Both the position numbers and the translations under genes were made by a program. DNA of 64,000 nucleotides, taken from positions 48,756 through 112,755 of the forward strand of contig JAQYVO010000195.1 of the NCBI GenBank assembly GCA_030145425.1. Reading direction: 5' to 3'. The notes under the pieces are model-generated. The model saw only the letters and a program-made list of their open reading frames with translations, was not told where the DNA came from and ran no database searches. Below are positions 9,406-18,635 of this stretch, piece after piece. Every line of letters starts with the position of its first letter. Position 1 is the first letter of the stretch. Source of the DNA: Chromatiales bacterium (GTDB lineage: Bacteria; Pseudomonadota; Gammaproteobacteria; Chromatiales; Chromatiaceae).

Positions 9406-10473
9406 ATGACTAAGACCTATCCGGGAAACTTCTTCGAGGACTTCAAACTGGGGCAGACACTTGTCCACGGTACGCCAAGGACCATTACAGAGGGGGATAT
9501 GGCGCTCTATATCGCCCTGACCGGTAGCCGTTTCCCCTTGCATTGCTCCCAGCCCATGGCCCGGCAGCTTGGATTGGAAGGTCAAACAGTGGATGATTTG
9601 TTGGCCTTCCACATGGCCTTCGGAAAGACTGTTGCCGACATCTCCTTTAACGCCGTCGCCAATCTGGGATATGCGGACATGCGCTTCACCAGGCCAGTCT
9701 ATCCTGGAGATACGCTGCAGTCGGTGAGTTCTGTAATCGGCCTCAAGGAAAATTCCAACGGAAAGAATGGAAACGTTTACGTGCGTTCCAACTGCCACAA
9801 CCAGAATGGGGAAGAGGTGCTTACCTGGGCGCGCTGGGTCATGGTAAACAAAAAAGACCCGAACTCACCCGTAGCGGAGGCCCGTATTCCGGAATTACCT
9901 TCCACGGTATCAGTGGAGGATCTGCCCATACCCCCCGGACTGGATCTTTCCGGCTACGACACGGATGTCACGGGCTCCCCCTATCTCTGGGAAGACTACC
10001 AGGCGGGTGAACGCATCGATCACATCAACGGCATGACGGTTGATGAATCCGACCACACGCTGGCCACTAAACTCTATCAAAACAATGCGCGCGTGCATTT
10101 CGAAGACTCGATGATGAAATCATCCCGATTCGGAAGACGGCTCATGTACGGTGGTCATGTCATATCCATCTGCCGGGCCCTGTCGTTCAATGGACTGGCC
10201 AACTCGGTTCGTATCGCCGCCATCAATTCCGGGGCCCACTGCAACCCGGCCTTCGCCGGAGACACCTTCTATGCCTACAGCGAGATCCTGGACAGCATGG
10301 AGCTTTCCGGACGCAAAGATGTCGGCGCCCTGAGAGTGCGCACTATCGGCCTGAAGAATATGGAAAGCAGCGAGTTGGAGGATCCCAAGGTGGAGATCGA
10401 CGGAAAGAAGCGCTACCACGAAAACGTGGTGCTGGATCTGGACTACACGGTGCTCATGCCGCGTAGATCTTGA
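9406..10473 (+). CDS. mch: Double MaoC-hotdog enoyl-CoA hydratase, mesaconyl-C1-CoA (beta-methylmalyl-CoA) hydratase-like
   Basis: 355 aa. PGNFFEDFKLGQTLVHGTPRTITEGD..., FGKTV.DIS.NA.ANLGY, RFGRRLMYGGHVIS..RALSFNGLAN and the C-terminus LDLDYTVLMPRRS match my recollection of Chloroflexus Mch in both sequence and length. Confidence 0.7.
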   Translation: MTKTYPGNFFEDFKLGQTLVHGTPRTITEGDMALYIALTGSRFPLHCSQPMARQLGLEGQTVDDLLAFHMAFGKTVADISFNAVANLGYADMRFTRPVYPGDTLQSVSSVIGLKENSNGKNGNVYVRSNCHNQNGEEVLTWARWVMVNKKDPNSPVAEARIPELPSTVSVEDLPIPPGLDLSGYDTDVTGSPYLWEDYQAGERIDHINGMTVDESDHTLATKLYQNNARVHFEDSMMKSSRFGRRLMYGGHVISICRALSFNGLANSVRIAAINSGAHCNPAFAGDTFYAYSEILDSMELSGRKDVGALRVRTIGLKNMESSELEDPKVEIDGKKRYHENVVLDLDYTVLMPRRS

Positions 10474-10521
10474 GGATACTTCCTAAACACAGGCTACCAA
10501 CTGAAAATTTATCCCTGATCG

Positions 10522-10836
10522 TCAGTCTTTGGGGCCTTTTCGTACGTGGAGGTAGAGCCGAAATTTCAAGAAGATACCCAGCACCATGGTACCCATAATA
10601 ACGGAGAGAATAATCAGGTTCAGGGTACCGTCCAGAATGAAAAGGCCCGCCTGAAAAAACAGGCTGAACCAGAAAAACAGGGCCGCTACCACCCAGAGTC
10701 TCTTGAGCCGCTCCCTTTCCTTTTCCCAGTCATTCTGTGGTTCCGGGGCCTGGCATTTGGGGCAGACACCGTCTTCGTCGGTCAGTGTTTCGCCACACTG
10801 GGGGCAGACGGGGGCTGCCTGTAATTCTGTATTCAT
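10522..10836 (-). CDS. Small membrane protein with N-terminal zinc ribbon (CPQCG..CPKC) and two predicted TM helices
   Basis: 104 aa. Two CxxC pairs followed by hydrophobic stretches WVVAALFFWFSLFF and LIILSVIMGTMVLGIFL. Confidence 0.5.
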   Translation of the reverse strand: MNTELQAAPVCPQCGETLTDEDGVCPKCQAPEPQNDWEKERERLKRLWVVAALFFWFSLFFQAGLFILDGTLNLIILSVIMGTMVLGIFLKFRLYLHVRKGPKD

Positions 10837-10895
10837 TTCCTAAAATGCCCTTACAAATAGATGTGAATGCCTACCTGACCCCCACAAAACCAAAA

Positions 10896-11303
10896 TCAGA
10901 AGACACCTTTAGCATTGAGATATTCCCCCAACTTCTTATCAAACTTCAGGACATGATTTAAAAACCAGTCGTTGGAAACATCGTAATCTGAATAGAAAGT
11001 GGGATACTTTCCCTTGGAGACAGCATTTACCAGCTGTTCCAGATGCTTTTGCAGTGACCTGTGTTCCTTGTGGTGCTTCTTCATCCGCTCGAATTTGTGT
11101 TCCTTCATCAGTTTTTCTTCGGTTTCGAAATGGTGGTACGTGAACTTGGCAAGATTGGCCAGCATCTTGCGCAGTTCATCCTTGTCTATCCTGGCTTCCA
11201 CAGCCCCATGCAGTTCGCCTACAAGCTCAAGTAACCTTTTATGCTGTTCGTCGATTTCCGCCACATTGATGCTGTATTCGTCAGACCAGGTAAGAATTGG
11301 CAT
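10896..11303 (-). CDS. Bacteriohemerythrin (hemerythrin-like metal-binding protein)
   Basis: 135 aa. W.DEYS..V.EIDEQHKRL, HF..EE..M and H..EH are typical hemerythrin His/Glu ligand spacings. The gene is visibly more A/T-rich than its neighbours. Confidence 0.85.
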   Translation of the reverse strand: MPILTWSDEYSINVAEIDEQHKRLLELVGELHGAVEARIDKDELRKMLANLAKFTYHHFETEEKLMKEHKFERMKKHHKEHRSLQKHLEQLVNAVSKGKYPTFYSDYDVSNDWFLNHVLKFDKKLGEYLNAKGVF

Positions 11304-11407
11304 ATCTTTATCGTCTCCAAATAAGATTCGTTATTATCACTCAAACACCAAATGCATTCCGTGATTGATCTCTGCCCTTAGCTTAGCGGACCGCAAAGAC
11401 CCGCTAT

Positions 11408-12355
11408 TTAATTTTTTTCCGAATCCAGAACCCCCTGTATGACGGAGGTCCAGGCATCGGCGATGCTTGCTCGGTTATAACCGCCGCCTCCAAGGGCCAG
11501 CAGACCCGCGATGCCAGGCTCAGCCGCCAGATCCGCGAGTTCTTTGGCGGCATGGTAATGAGCCTTGCTGCTAAAGGCCATATGCGTAATGGGATCTCCC
11601 GCTATGCTGTCGGCACCGCACTGCATAATGAGGAACTGTGGCTTATGATCCGCAATAAACGTCTTCACTTTGGGCCAAACCTCGAAGAAGATCTCATCGT
11701 CCGCTCCCGGCGGGAGCGGAACATTCAATTTCATACCCGCCGCATCCCCCCGGCCGATCTCATGAACACCTCCGGTGCCCGGGTAAAGGTATCTGCCATC
11801 CTCGTGGAGATCGGCAAATATGAGATTCTTATCGTATTCAAACGCGTAAAACACCCCATCTCCGTGATGGGCATCGATATCGACATAGCCGATGCGCTCA
11901 ACCCCATGTCGTTGCCTCAATGCCTCGATAGCAATCCCGATATCGTTGAAGACACAAAATCCGGCAGAACGATCTCTCTGGGCGTGATGCAGCCCTGCTA
12001 TCGGCACGAAGGCTGACTTGGTCTCCTTTCCGATAATCCTGTCCACTGCATCGAGTACGGTCCCGACCACATAAAGGGCCGACTCGCAGATGCCCCTGGC
12101 GGCCGGCGTATCCGGATCGAGCATTCCGGTTCCCTGCTCGGTCAGGGTCTCCACCCGCTGCACATATTCAGGGGTGTGAAACAGCAGCAGATCCTCCCGA
12201 GTGCCCGACACGGGTTCCCGGACCTCGACACGTTCTTTCAGACCTTTAGCCAGAAACGCCTGCCAGAAAGCATGGAATCTGTCCGGCCCGAATGGATGGC
12301 CATCTCCAAACCCGTAGCGAGCCAGCTCATCCCCTGCGTATACATATATACTCAC
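11408..12355 (-). CDS. Histone-deacetylase-family (AcuC/HDAH-like) Zn-dependent deacetylase
   Basis: Contains GLHHAQRDRSAGFCVFND, DIDAHHGDG and YPGTGG. The track ORF runs to 12532, but its N-terminal 59 aa look non-native. I prefer the GTG at 12355 (VSIYVYAGDE..), which is the usual start position for this family. Confidence 0.75.
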   Translation of the reverse strand: MSIYVYAGDELARYGFGDGHPFGPDRFHAFWQAFLAKGLKERVEVREPVSGTREDLLLFHTPEYVQRVETLTEQGTGMLDPDTPAARGICESALYVVGTVLDAVDRIIGKETKSAFVPIAGLHHAQRDRSAGFCVFNDIGIAIEALRQRHGVERIGYVDIDAHHGDGVFYAFEYDKNLIFADLHEDGRYLYPGTGGVHEIGRGDAAGMKLNVPLPPGADDEIFFEVWPKVKTFIADHKPQFLIMQCGADSIAGDPITHMAFSSKAHYHAAKELADLAAEPGIAGLLALGGGGYNRASIADAWTSVIQGVLDSEKN

Positions 12356-12618
12356 TCGCGACAACCTGCTGCCCTGAATATCCAGTGAAGGCGGAATTTC
12401 GGAATCTGGCTGCCTGCACTCGTATTCATCGAGATGCCGTTTGGTATGGCATGCCGCCTTAACACCGCAATATTTCAGGAATAATATGCTTTTTTGGGAT
12501 AAATGGGTATTGGGCGGCCCGCGGCAAAGCAACCTCCCGACCCTGTTCTGGAAGATCTGTACTAAAATCTGGATTGAAGCCGGGTTTCACCAAACCTGCT
12601 ATAGAGAGGAGGTGCAGC

Positions 12619-13089
12619 ATGTCGATTTCGCCGAGCCTGAAGGAATACCTTGATCAGCAGTCCGCCCGATATGAGACCGTATCCCACCCACACACCCTGT
12701 CGAGCGTGGACAGTGCCGCTGCCGCCCATGTCCCCAGCGAACAGCTTGCCAAGGCCGTGATCGTCAAGGAAGAGGAGGTTTATCTGATGGTGGTTGTCCC
12801 GTCCGACCATCATCTGCATCTGGGTCGCTTACACCACCATCTTGGTCATGAGGTGGGACTGGCGACAGAGGACGAGGTCTTCAATCTTTTCCCCGATTGT
12901 GACGAGGGGGCCATTCCCCCGGTTGGTGTCGCCTACGGATTCAGGACCCTGGTGGACTCCGATCTGATGGACCAATCCGATATCTTCTTCGAATCGGGTG
13001 ACCACCGGAATCTGATCAAGGTATCCGGTCAGCAGTTCTCAACACTGCTTGGCGGCGCCGAGCGGGTGCAGATGGGCCTTAATCTTTAA
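12619..13089 (+). CDS. YbaK/EbsC-like (aminoacyl-tRNA deacylase fold) protein with a His-rich loop
   Basis: The ATG at 12619 is preceded by GAGGAGG; the track ORF starts at 12574. Contains QLAKAVIVK, GAIPPVG and FFESGDH. Confidence 0.6.
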   Translation: MSISPSLKEYLDQQSARYETVSHPHTLSSVDSAAAAHVPSEQLAKAVIVKEEEVYLMVVVPSDHHLHLGRLHHHLGHEVGLATEDEVFNLFPDCDEGAIPPVGVAYGFRTLVDSDLMDQSDIFFESGDHRNLIKVSGQQFSTLLGGAERVQMGLNL

Positions 13090-13108
13090 GTCCCAACAAG
13101 ATAGCAAG

Positions 13109-14008
13109 TTAACTCCCCGCGGCCTTGACCTGATCCGCCTCCATGGCCTCGATCGCCTCCGCCATGCTCACAAGGCGTTGGGCACTCTCCACATGGAGGT
13201 TCTCGATCAGCATCCCGTCGACGACGGCAACGCCCTCTCCCTTCGCCTCCGCCTCTTCATGGGCCCGAATGATTTTTCTGGACCAATCGACGTCCTTTTG
13301 TGAAGGAGTGAAAACACGGTTGGTGGCCTCCACCGTCTTGGGATGAATAAGGGTCTTACCGTCAAAACCCATTTCCCTGCCCTGTTCGCAGGCATACTCG
13401 AATCCGTCATCGTCGTTGAGATCGAGAAAAACACCATCCAGGATCCCGATCTTGGCCGCTCGTGCGGCAAGCAGACAATGCCCGAGCGACGTGATCATGG
13501 GCAACCGTTCGCGGGTGTGGGCACAATCGAGATCCTTAGCCAGATCCGAGGTCCCCATCACCAGACATTCCATCCTGCTCGAGGCCTCTGTAATCATCTG
13601 AGCCCTGAGAATACTGCGCGGTGTTTCCATCATCGCCCAGATGGCCATTGAATCGGGAGCACCGCTGGCCACCATGATATTTTCCAGTTGCCGGATCGCA
13701 TCGGCACTCTCCACCTTGGGCAGCAGTATGGCGTTGGCACCGCTGGCTGCAGCGGCCGCCACGTCGGCATATCCCCAGGGTGTAGCCAGTCCGTTGACTC
13801 GGATCACCAGCTCACGCAAACCGTATCCGCCGGCCTTCACCGCATCGCACACCTGATTCCGGGCCTTCTCTTTGGCATCCGGTGCAACGGCATCCTCCAG
13901 GTCGAGTATCAGGCCGTCGGCCGGGAGCGTCCTCCCCTTCTCCAGTGCTCTGGCATTGGAACCGGGCATATAAAGAACGCTCCTGCGTGGCCTTGCAGTG
14001 TTCGGCAT
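13109..14008 (-). CDS. CitE/HpcH-family protein, Mcl2-like ((3S)-malyl-CoA thioesterase-like)
   Basis: The ATG at 14008 is preceded by AAGGAGA; the track ORF starts at 14074. RRSVLYMPGSNARALEK, LILDLEDAV, AMMETP, GTSDLAKDL, CEQGREMGFDGKTLIHP and GEGVAVVDGMLIENLHV resemble Rhodobacter Mcl2 as I recall it. Confidence 0.65.
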   Translation of the reverse strand: MPNTARPRRSVLYMPGSNARALEKGRTLPADGLILDLEDAVAPDAKEKARNQVCDAVKAGGYGLRELVIRVNGLATPWGYADVAAAAASGANAILLPKVESADAIRQLENIMVASGAPDSMAIWAMMETPRSILRAQMITEASSRMECLVMGTSDLAKDLDCAHTRERLPMITSLGHCLLAARAAKIGILDGVFLDLNDDDGFEYACEQGREMGFDGKTLIHPKTVEATNRVFTPSQKDVDWSRKIIRAHEEAEAKGEGVAVVDGMLIENLHVESAQRLVSMAEAIEAMEADQVKAAGS

Positions 14009-14231
14009 GATTCGAATCTCCTTGGAAACGGATGAAAAGATGTTGGACCCGAAGTGTAAAAAATTAGGCATCAACTGTCTAACCGTTGCCGAAAAAAAAC
14101 CGGCGAATGCCCTGCGCGTTGGCCGTAGTTTTGTCGTTGGCCGGCCGTGGGCTTAGAATTCACCCATTGACCCGTGTTCCTCCCTGTCGGCGAGTGACAC
14201 AGGTACCATCGAGGCCAGGAGAATAGCGACC

Positions 14232-15218
14232 GTGAGTTTCAAAACCATCCCCCACCGCACTCAGCGATTAAATCGAAGCACGCTGGCCGTCCCGGGATCC
14301 AAAACCGGCATTTTCGAAAAAGCTGCTGCCGGTGCCGCAGACGTTGTTTTCTTCGATCTGGAGGATTCGGTTCCGCCTGACAACAAGGAACAGGCACGCA
14401 GGGACGTAATCGCTGCATTGAATGACCTCAGCTTCCCCGGTAAAAGCGTGTCGGTGCGCATCAACGGCCTGGACACCCACTACATGTACCGGGATCTGGT
14501 GGATCTCGTGGAACAGGCGGGAGACAACCTGGACCTGGTCCTGGTGCCCAAGGTGGGTTGCGCCGCCGATGTCTACGCCGTGGATATGCTGCTCACCCAG
14601 ATCGAGCGCGCCATGGGCATACGAAAAGCTATCGGCATCGAGATGCTTATCGAGACGCCGCTGGGCATTCAAAACGCCGATGAAATTGCCGCTGCCTCAC
14701 CCCGAAATGAGAGTATGCTCTTCGGCTCAGCCGATTATGCCGCGTCATCCGGTATGCAGATCAAGATGATCGGAGGTCCCAATCCCGACTACCAGGTACT
14801 GACGGATCCGGATGCAGACGGCACCCGCCGGACCCATTGGGGGGATATGTGGCATTACCCCCTTGCCCGCCTGGTGGCTGCCGCCCGGGCGAACGGGTTG
14901 CGGCCCGTCGACGGCCCGTTTGCCGATATCAGGGATCCGGACGGCTGGCTGGCCAGTGCGAAACGGGCCAGGACCCTGGGATTCGAGGGCAAGATGGTCA
15001 TACATCCAAGCCAGATCGAACCGGCCAACCGGTTATTCAAGCCCTCCGCCCTGGAGTTGGACCAGGCGCGCCGTATCCTGGAGGCCATGGAACTGGCCGA
15101 AAAAAGGGGTGCGGGCGCCGTGAGCCTGGATGGTAAGATGATCGACATCGCCTCAATCAGACAGGCGGAGGCTACCGTAAGGAAAGCCGAACTTGCCGCC
15201 GCAAAGGATGTCTCCTGA
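14232..15218 (+). CDS. CitE/HpcH-family L-malyl-CoA/beta-methylmalyl-CoA lyase, proteobacterial Mcl1-like
   Basis: 328 aa. GTG start with AGGAGAA 8 nt upstream. Contains FDLEDSVPPDNKEQAR, SVRINGLDT.YMYRDLVDLVEQAGDNLD, VPKVGCAADVYAVD, VDGPFADI and GKMIDIASIRQAE. Confidence 0.7.
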   Translation: MSFKTIPHRTQRLNRSTLAVPGSKTGIFEKAAAGAADVVFFDLEDSVPPDNKEQARRDVIAALNDLSFPGKSVSVRINGLDTHYMYRDLVDLVEQAGDNLDLVLVPKVGCAADVYAVDMLLTQIERAMGIRKAIGIEMLIETPLGIQNADEIAAASPRNESMLFGSADYAASSGMQIKMIGGPNPDYQVLTDPDADGTRRTHWGDMWHYPLARLVAAARANGLRPVDGPFADIRDPDGWLASAKRARTLGFEGKMVIHPSQIEPANRLFKPSALELDQARRILEAMELAEKRGAGAVSLDGKMIDIASIRQAEATVRKAELAAAKDVS

Positions 15219-15292
15219 AACTGTGGATGATCAGTGCAGGATGAAAAATTGTAATTCCCGGTATGACCGCGAATAACTGATGAATAATTTTG

Positions 15293-15365
15293 AACCGCGA
15301 GGGTACAAAGACGCAGTGAGGATTTTTTCATAGATTTTTCTCTGTGTCTTTGTGCCTCTGTGGTT
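15293..15365 (+). repeat. Long imperfect hairpin in the mcl1-like/mcl spacer
   Basis: Arms AACCGCGAGGGTACAAAGACGCAGTGAG (15293..15320) and CTCTGTGTCTTTGTGCCTCTGTGGTT (15340..15365). Several positions pair as G-U only in plus-strand RNA. Confidence 0.6.
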
Positions 15366-15442
15366 GGTACTAATGGAATGTCGCACTGACTTTCTGAGGT
15401 CATGCGGACATTCGGAAGTAAAACGACTGGAGAGAATGACAG

Positions 15443-16486
15443 ATGAAAATCCCCTCAGATTTTTTCAAGCCCCTCGCCATTGGCGCACCCGATCCCATCC
15501 GTGAACTGCCCGTTACGCTGGAACGCACCATCCACTTCCTGCCGCCGCATATCGAAAAGATGCGTGCCAAGGCCGGTCAGATCGCAAAGAACGTGGATGT
15601 GTTGCTGGGCAATCTGGAAGATGCCATTCCGGTCGAGGCCAAGGAAGCAGCGCGCTCCGGATTCATTGAGGTGGCCAAGGCAGTGGACTTCGGTCAGACC
15701 GGCCTCTGGACCCGCGTCAATGCCCTGAACAGCCCCTGGTTTCTGGACGACATGACCGAAATTGTTGCGGAGGTGGGCGACAAACTGGACGTCGTGATGA
15801 TCCCCAAGGTGGAAGGCCCCTGGGATATCCATTTCGTCGACCAGCTGCTCGCACTCCTGGAGGCCCGCCACGGGGTGCGCAAGCCTATCCTGATACATGC
15901 CATTCTGGAAACCGCCCAGGGCGTGAAGAATGTCAACGAGATAGCCCAGGCCAGCCCGCGCATGCACGGCATGAGTCTGGGGCCAGCGGACCTGGCCGCC
16001 TCCAGGGGGATGAAGACCACCCGGGTGGGCGGCGGCCACCCCTTCTACGGCGTGCTGGCTGACCCCGGCGAGGAAAATGAGGCAAGGGCTTTCTATCAGC
16101 AGGATCTTTGGCACTACACCATAGCGCGCATGGTGGATGCCTGCCTGTCCAATGGACTGCGCGCCTTCTACGGCCCGTTCGGCGATTTTCAGGACGGTGC
16201 GGCCTGCGAAGCCCAGTTCCGCAATGCCTTTATACAGGGCTGTGCCGGTGCCTGGACGCTCCATCCGAATCAGATTGAGATCGCCAAACGGGTCTTCAGT
16301 CCCGAGGTGAATGAAGTGCTCTTCGCCAAACGCATCCTGGAGGCCATGCCCGACGGCACAGGAGCGGTGATGATCGATGGAAAGATGCAGGACGACGCCA
16401 CCTGGAAACAGGCCAAGGTGATCGTGGACCTGGCCAGGCTGGTAGCCAGCAAAGATCCGGAAAGGGCAACTGCCTACGGCTTCTGA
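15443..16486 (+). CDS. mcl: Trifunctional-type malyl-CoA/beta-methylmalyl-CoA/citramalyl-CoA lyase, Chloroflexus-type
   Basis: 347 aa. Contains [108 protein letters not shown] and [23 protein letters not shown]. This is near-colinear with Chloroflexus aurantiacus Mcl as I recall it. Confidence 0.75.
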   Translation: MKIPSDFFKPLAIGAPDPIRELPVTLERTIHFLPPHIEKMRAKAGQIAKNVDVLLGNLEDAIPVEAKEAARSGFIEVAKAVDFGQTGLWTRVNALNSPWFLDDMTEIVAEVGDKLDVVMIPKVEGPWDIHFVDQLLALLEARHGVRKPILIHAILETAQGVKNVNEIAQASPRMHGMSLGPADLAASRGMKTTRVGGGHPFYGVLADPGEENEARAFYQQDLWHYTIARMVDACLSNGLRAFYGPFGDFQDGAACEAQFRNAFIQGCAGAWTLHPNQIEIAKRVFSPEVNEVLFAKRILEAMPDGTGAVMIDGKMQDDATWKQAKVIVDLARLVASKDPERATAYGF

Positions 16487-16512
16487 GATTCGATCTGACG
16501 GGGGGGCGCATC

Positions 16513-17751
16513 ATGTACAAGATCCTGGACGGCCTGCGGGTGGTGGAGGCGTCTGCGTTCGTCGCCGCCCCGCTCGGGGGAATGACATTGGCGCAACTCG
16601 GCGCGGATGTCATCCGCTTCGATCCGCCCGTCGGGGGATTGGATGCCAGAAGATGGCCCATCACAAAGGACGGTAAAAGCCTCTATTGGGTGGGGCTGAA
16701 CAAGGGAAAGCGGTCCCTGGCCATTGATACGAGAAAGCCGGAAGGCCAGGAAATCCTGACCCGTCTCATCACAGCCCCGGGTGAAGGTAACGGCATCTTC
16801 CTTACCAATTTCCACGCCGACAAGGGCTGGATGAGTTATGAGGAACTCAGGAAGCACCGGGAAGATCTCATCATGGTCAACCTGGTCGGCAACTCTGACG
16901 GCAGTTCAGCGGTGGACTATACGGTCAACTGTGCCGCCGGTTTCCCCTATGTAACGGGAAACCATCATGCCGACGGACCGCCTCATCCGGTCGACCACGT
17001 CTTTCCGGCGTGGGATGCGATGGCCGGCATCAACCTGGCCCTGGCCATACTGGCCGCTGAACGCCACCGTCGTCTGACCGGGGAGGGCCAACTGGTCCGG
17101 CTGGCTTTGTCGGACATCACCTTTGCCATGACCGGCAACCTGGGTTTCATCCAGGAGGTGCAGATCAACCACGAGGAGCGGAAAGGCTACGGCAATTATC
17201 TGTACGGTGCTTTCGGCAACGAGTTCGAAACCAGGGACGGGCGGCTGATCTATATCATCGCGGTTACAGATCACATGTGGAAATCCCTTCTCACAGCCAC
17301 CGGCCTGGGTGTGGATATCGGCAATATAGAACAAAGACTGGGACTGGATTTCACCAAAGAAGGCGACCGCTTTGCCGCCAGTGAGGAGATCTCCGTGCCC
17401 ATCCATGAATGGTGCGCCAAATATACCCTGGAACAGATCGGGGAGATATTCAAACTCCGGCACGTCTGTTGGGGGCCTTACAGGACCTTTCGACAAATGC
17501 TCGACGAGGACCCCCGCGTCTCCACCGAAAACCCCATATTTTCCGAACTGGAGCAGCCGGGCATTGGCAGTTTTCTGGTCCCGGGTTCGCCTATCAGCTT
17601 CGGGGCATTTACACGACAGCCACCACGGCGGGCCCCGCTCCTGGGTGAGCACACGGATGAGATATTGGGGGACGACCTGGGGCTGAGCGATAAGGAGATA
17701 GGCCGCTTGCGTGAAGACGGCGTGGTTGCTGGACCGGTGGAAATCCAATGA
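16513..17751 (+). CDS. mct: Class III (CaiB/BaiF) CoA-transferase, mesaconyl-CoA C1-C4 CoA-transferase-like
   Basis: 412 aa. N-terminus L.GLRVVE.SAFVAAP.GGM.LAQLGADVIRFD is the family III signature. Its position between mcl and meh matches the Chloroflexus gene order. Confidence 0.65.
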   Translation: MYKILDGLRVVEASAFVAAPLGGMTLAQLGADVIRFDPPVGGLDARRWPITKDGKSLYWVGLNKGKRSLAIDTRKPEGQEILTRLITAPGEGNGIFLTNFHADKGWMSYEELRKHREDLIMVNLVGNSDGSSAVDYTVNCAAGFPYVTGNHHADGPPHPVDHVFPAWDAMAGINLALAILAAERHRRLTGEGQLVRLALSDITFAMTGNLGFIQEVQINHEERKGYGNYLYGAFGNEFETRDGRLIYIIAVTDHMWKSLLTATGLGVDIGNIEQRLGLDFTKEGDRFAASEEISVPIHEWCAKYTLEQIGEIFKLRHVCWGPYRTFRQMLDEDPRVSTENPIFSELEQPGIGSFLVPGSPISFGAFTRQPPRRAPLLGEHTDEILGDDLGLSDKEIGRLREDGVVAGPVEIQ

Positions 17752-18602
17752 CGATGGAGGGCGCCAGACCTTTGGCAGACTGGGTCGGTTCACGGGAGAT
17801 CCGGGAAGAGGTTATCTCCCCGTTTCCCGCACAGGCCGCTGCAGCCATGCTGGATCTCGGGGGTACACGGATGGACCAGGGTGACCCCCTGCCCCCACTG
17901 TGGCACTGGTTCTATTTTCTGCCCAAGGCCCTGCGCTCTGAGATTGATAAAGACGGTCATCCGAAGCGTGGCGGTTTTTTCCCGCCCGTCGAACTGCCGA
18001 GACGCATGTTCGCCGGCGCGAGAACCCGTTTTATCGAACCCGTTATCATCGGGGAGTCCGCCGCCCGGGAAGGGGAGATTCTCAAGGTCTCAGAAAAATC
18101 CGGCAAGAGCGGACGGCTGGTGTTCGTTACAGTACGTTACCGGATCAGTCAGGCCGGCAGGCTTCGAGTCGAAGAGGAACAGGATATCGTCTACAAGGAG
18201 CCGGGGGCGCCAATCCAGGCACCCGTGCCGGTGGAGCACCCGGCAGCAGTCGATTCGAAATCCTGGGTAAAGGAGATCCGTCCGGATACGGTTCTGCTTT
18301 TCAGATTTTCGGCATTGACCTTCAATGCCCACCGCATTCATTACGACAGACCCTATGCGCTCCGGGAGGAAGGCTATCCCGGCCTGGTGGTGCACGGACC
18401 CTTGACTGCAGTCATGCTTGCGGGATTGGTCGGGGAACACAGCACCAGGGCTATCGGCAGCTTCAAATTTCAGGGCCGAGCACCCCTTTTCGATCTGCTT
18501 CCCTTCCGCCTCATCGGCCGACCGGAAGGAGACTCCGTGGTTCTGGAGGCAAAGGGGCCGGACGATTCCATCGCAATGCAGGCCCACGCGGAGTTGATTT
18601 GA
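17748..18602 (+). CDS. meh: MaoC/FAS1-like hotdog hydratase, mesaconyl-C4-CoA ((S)-citramalyl-CoA) hydratase-like
   Basis: 284 aa. Start overlaps the mct stop (ATGA). Contains PLPPLWHWFYFLP, DGHPKRGGFFPP, RRMFAGAR, EEEQDIVY.EPGAP, LLFRFSALTFNAHRIHYDRPYA and EGYPGLVVHGPL. Confidence 0.65.
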   Translation: MTMEGARPLADWVGSREIREEVISPFPAQAAAAMLDLGGTRMDQGDPLPPLWHWFYFLPKALRSEIDKDGHPKRGGFFPPVELPRRMFAGARTRFIEPVIIGESAAREGEILKVSEKSGKSGRLVFVTVRYRISQAGRLRVEEEQDIVYKEPGAPIQAPVPVEHPAAVDSKSWVKEIRPDTVLLFRFSALTFNAHRIHYDRPYALREEGYPGLVVHGPLTAVMLAGLVGEHSTRAIGSFKFQGRAPLFDLLPFRLIGRPEGDSVVLEAKGPDDSIAMQAHAELI

Positions 18603-18635
18603 CCGGATATTGACAACAACGACAGGAGAGCGGCC

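Noticed and set aside
15455-17793. Minus-strand ORFs 15455..16264 and 16906..17793
   Set aside because: Antisense shadows of mcl and mct/meh.
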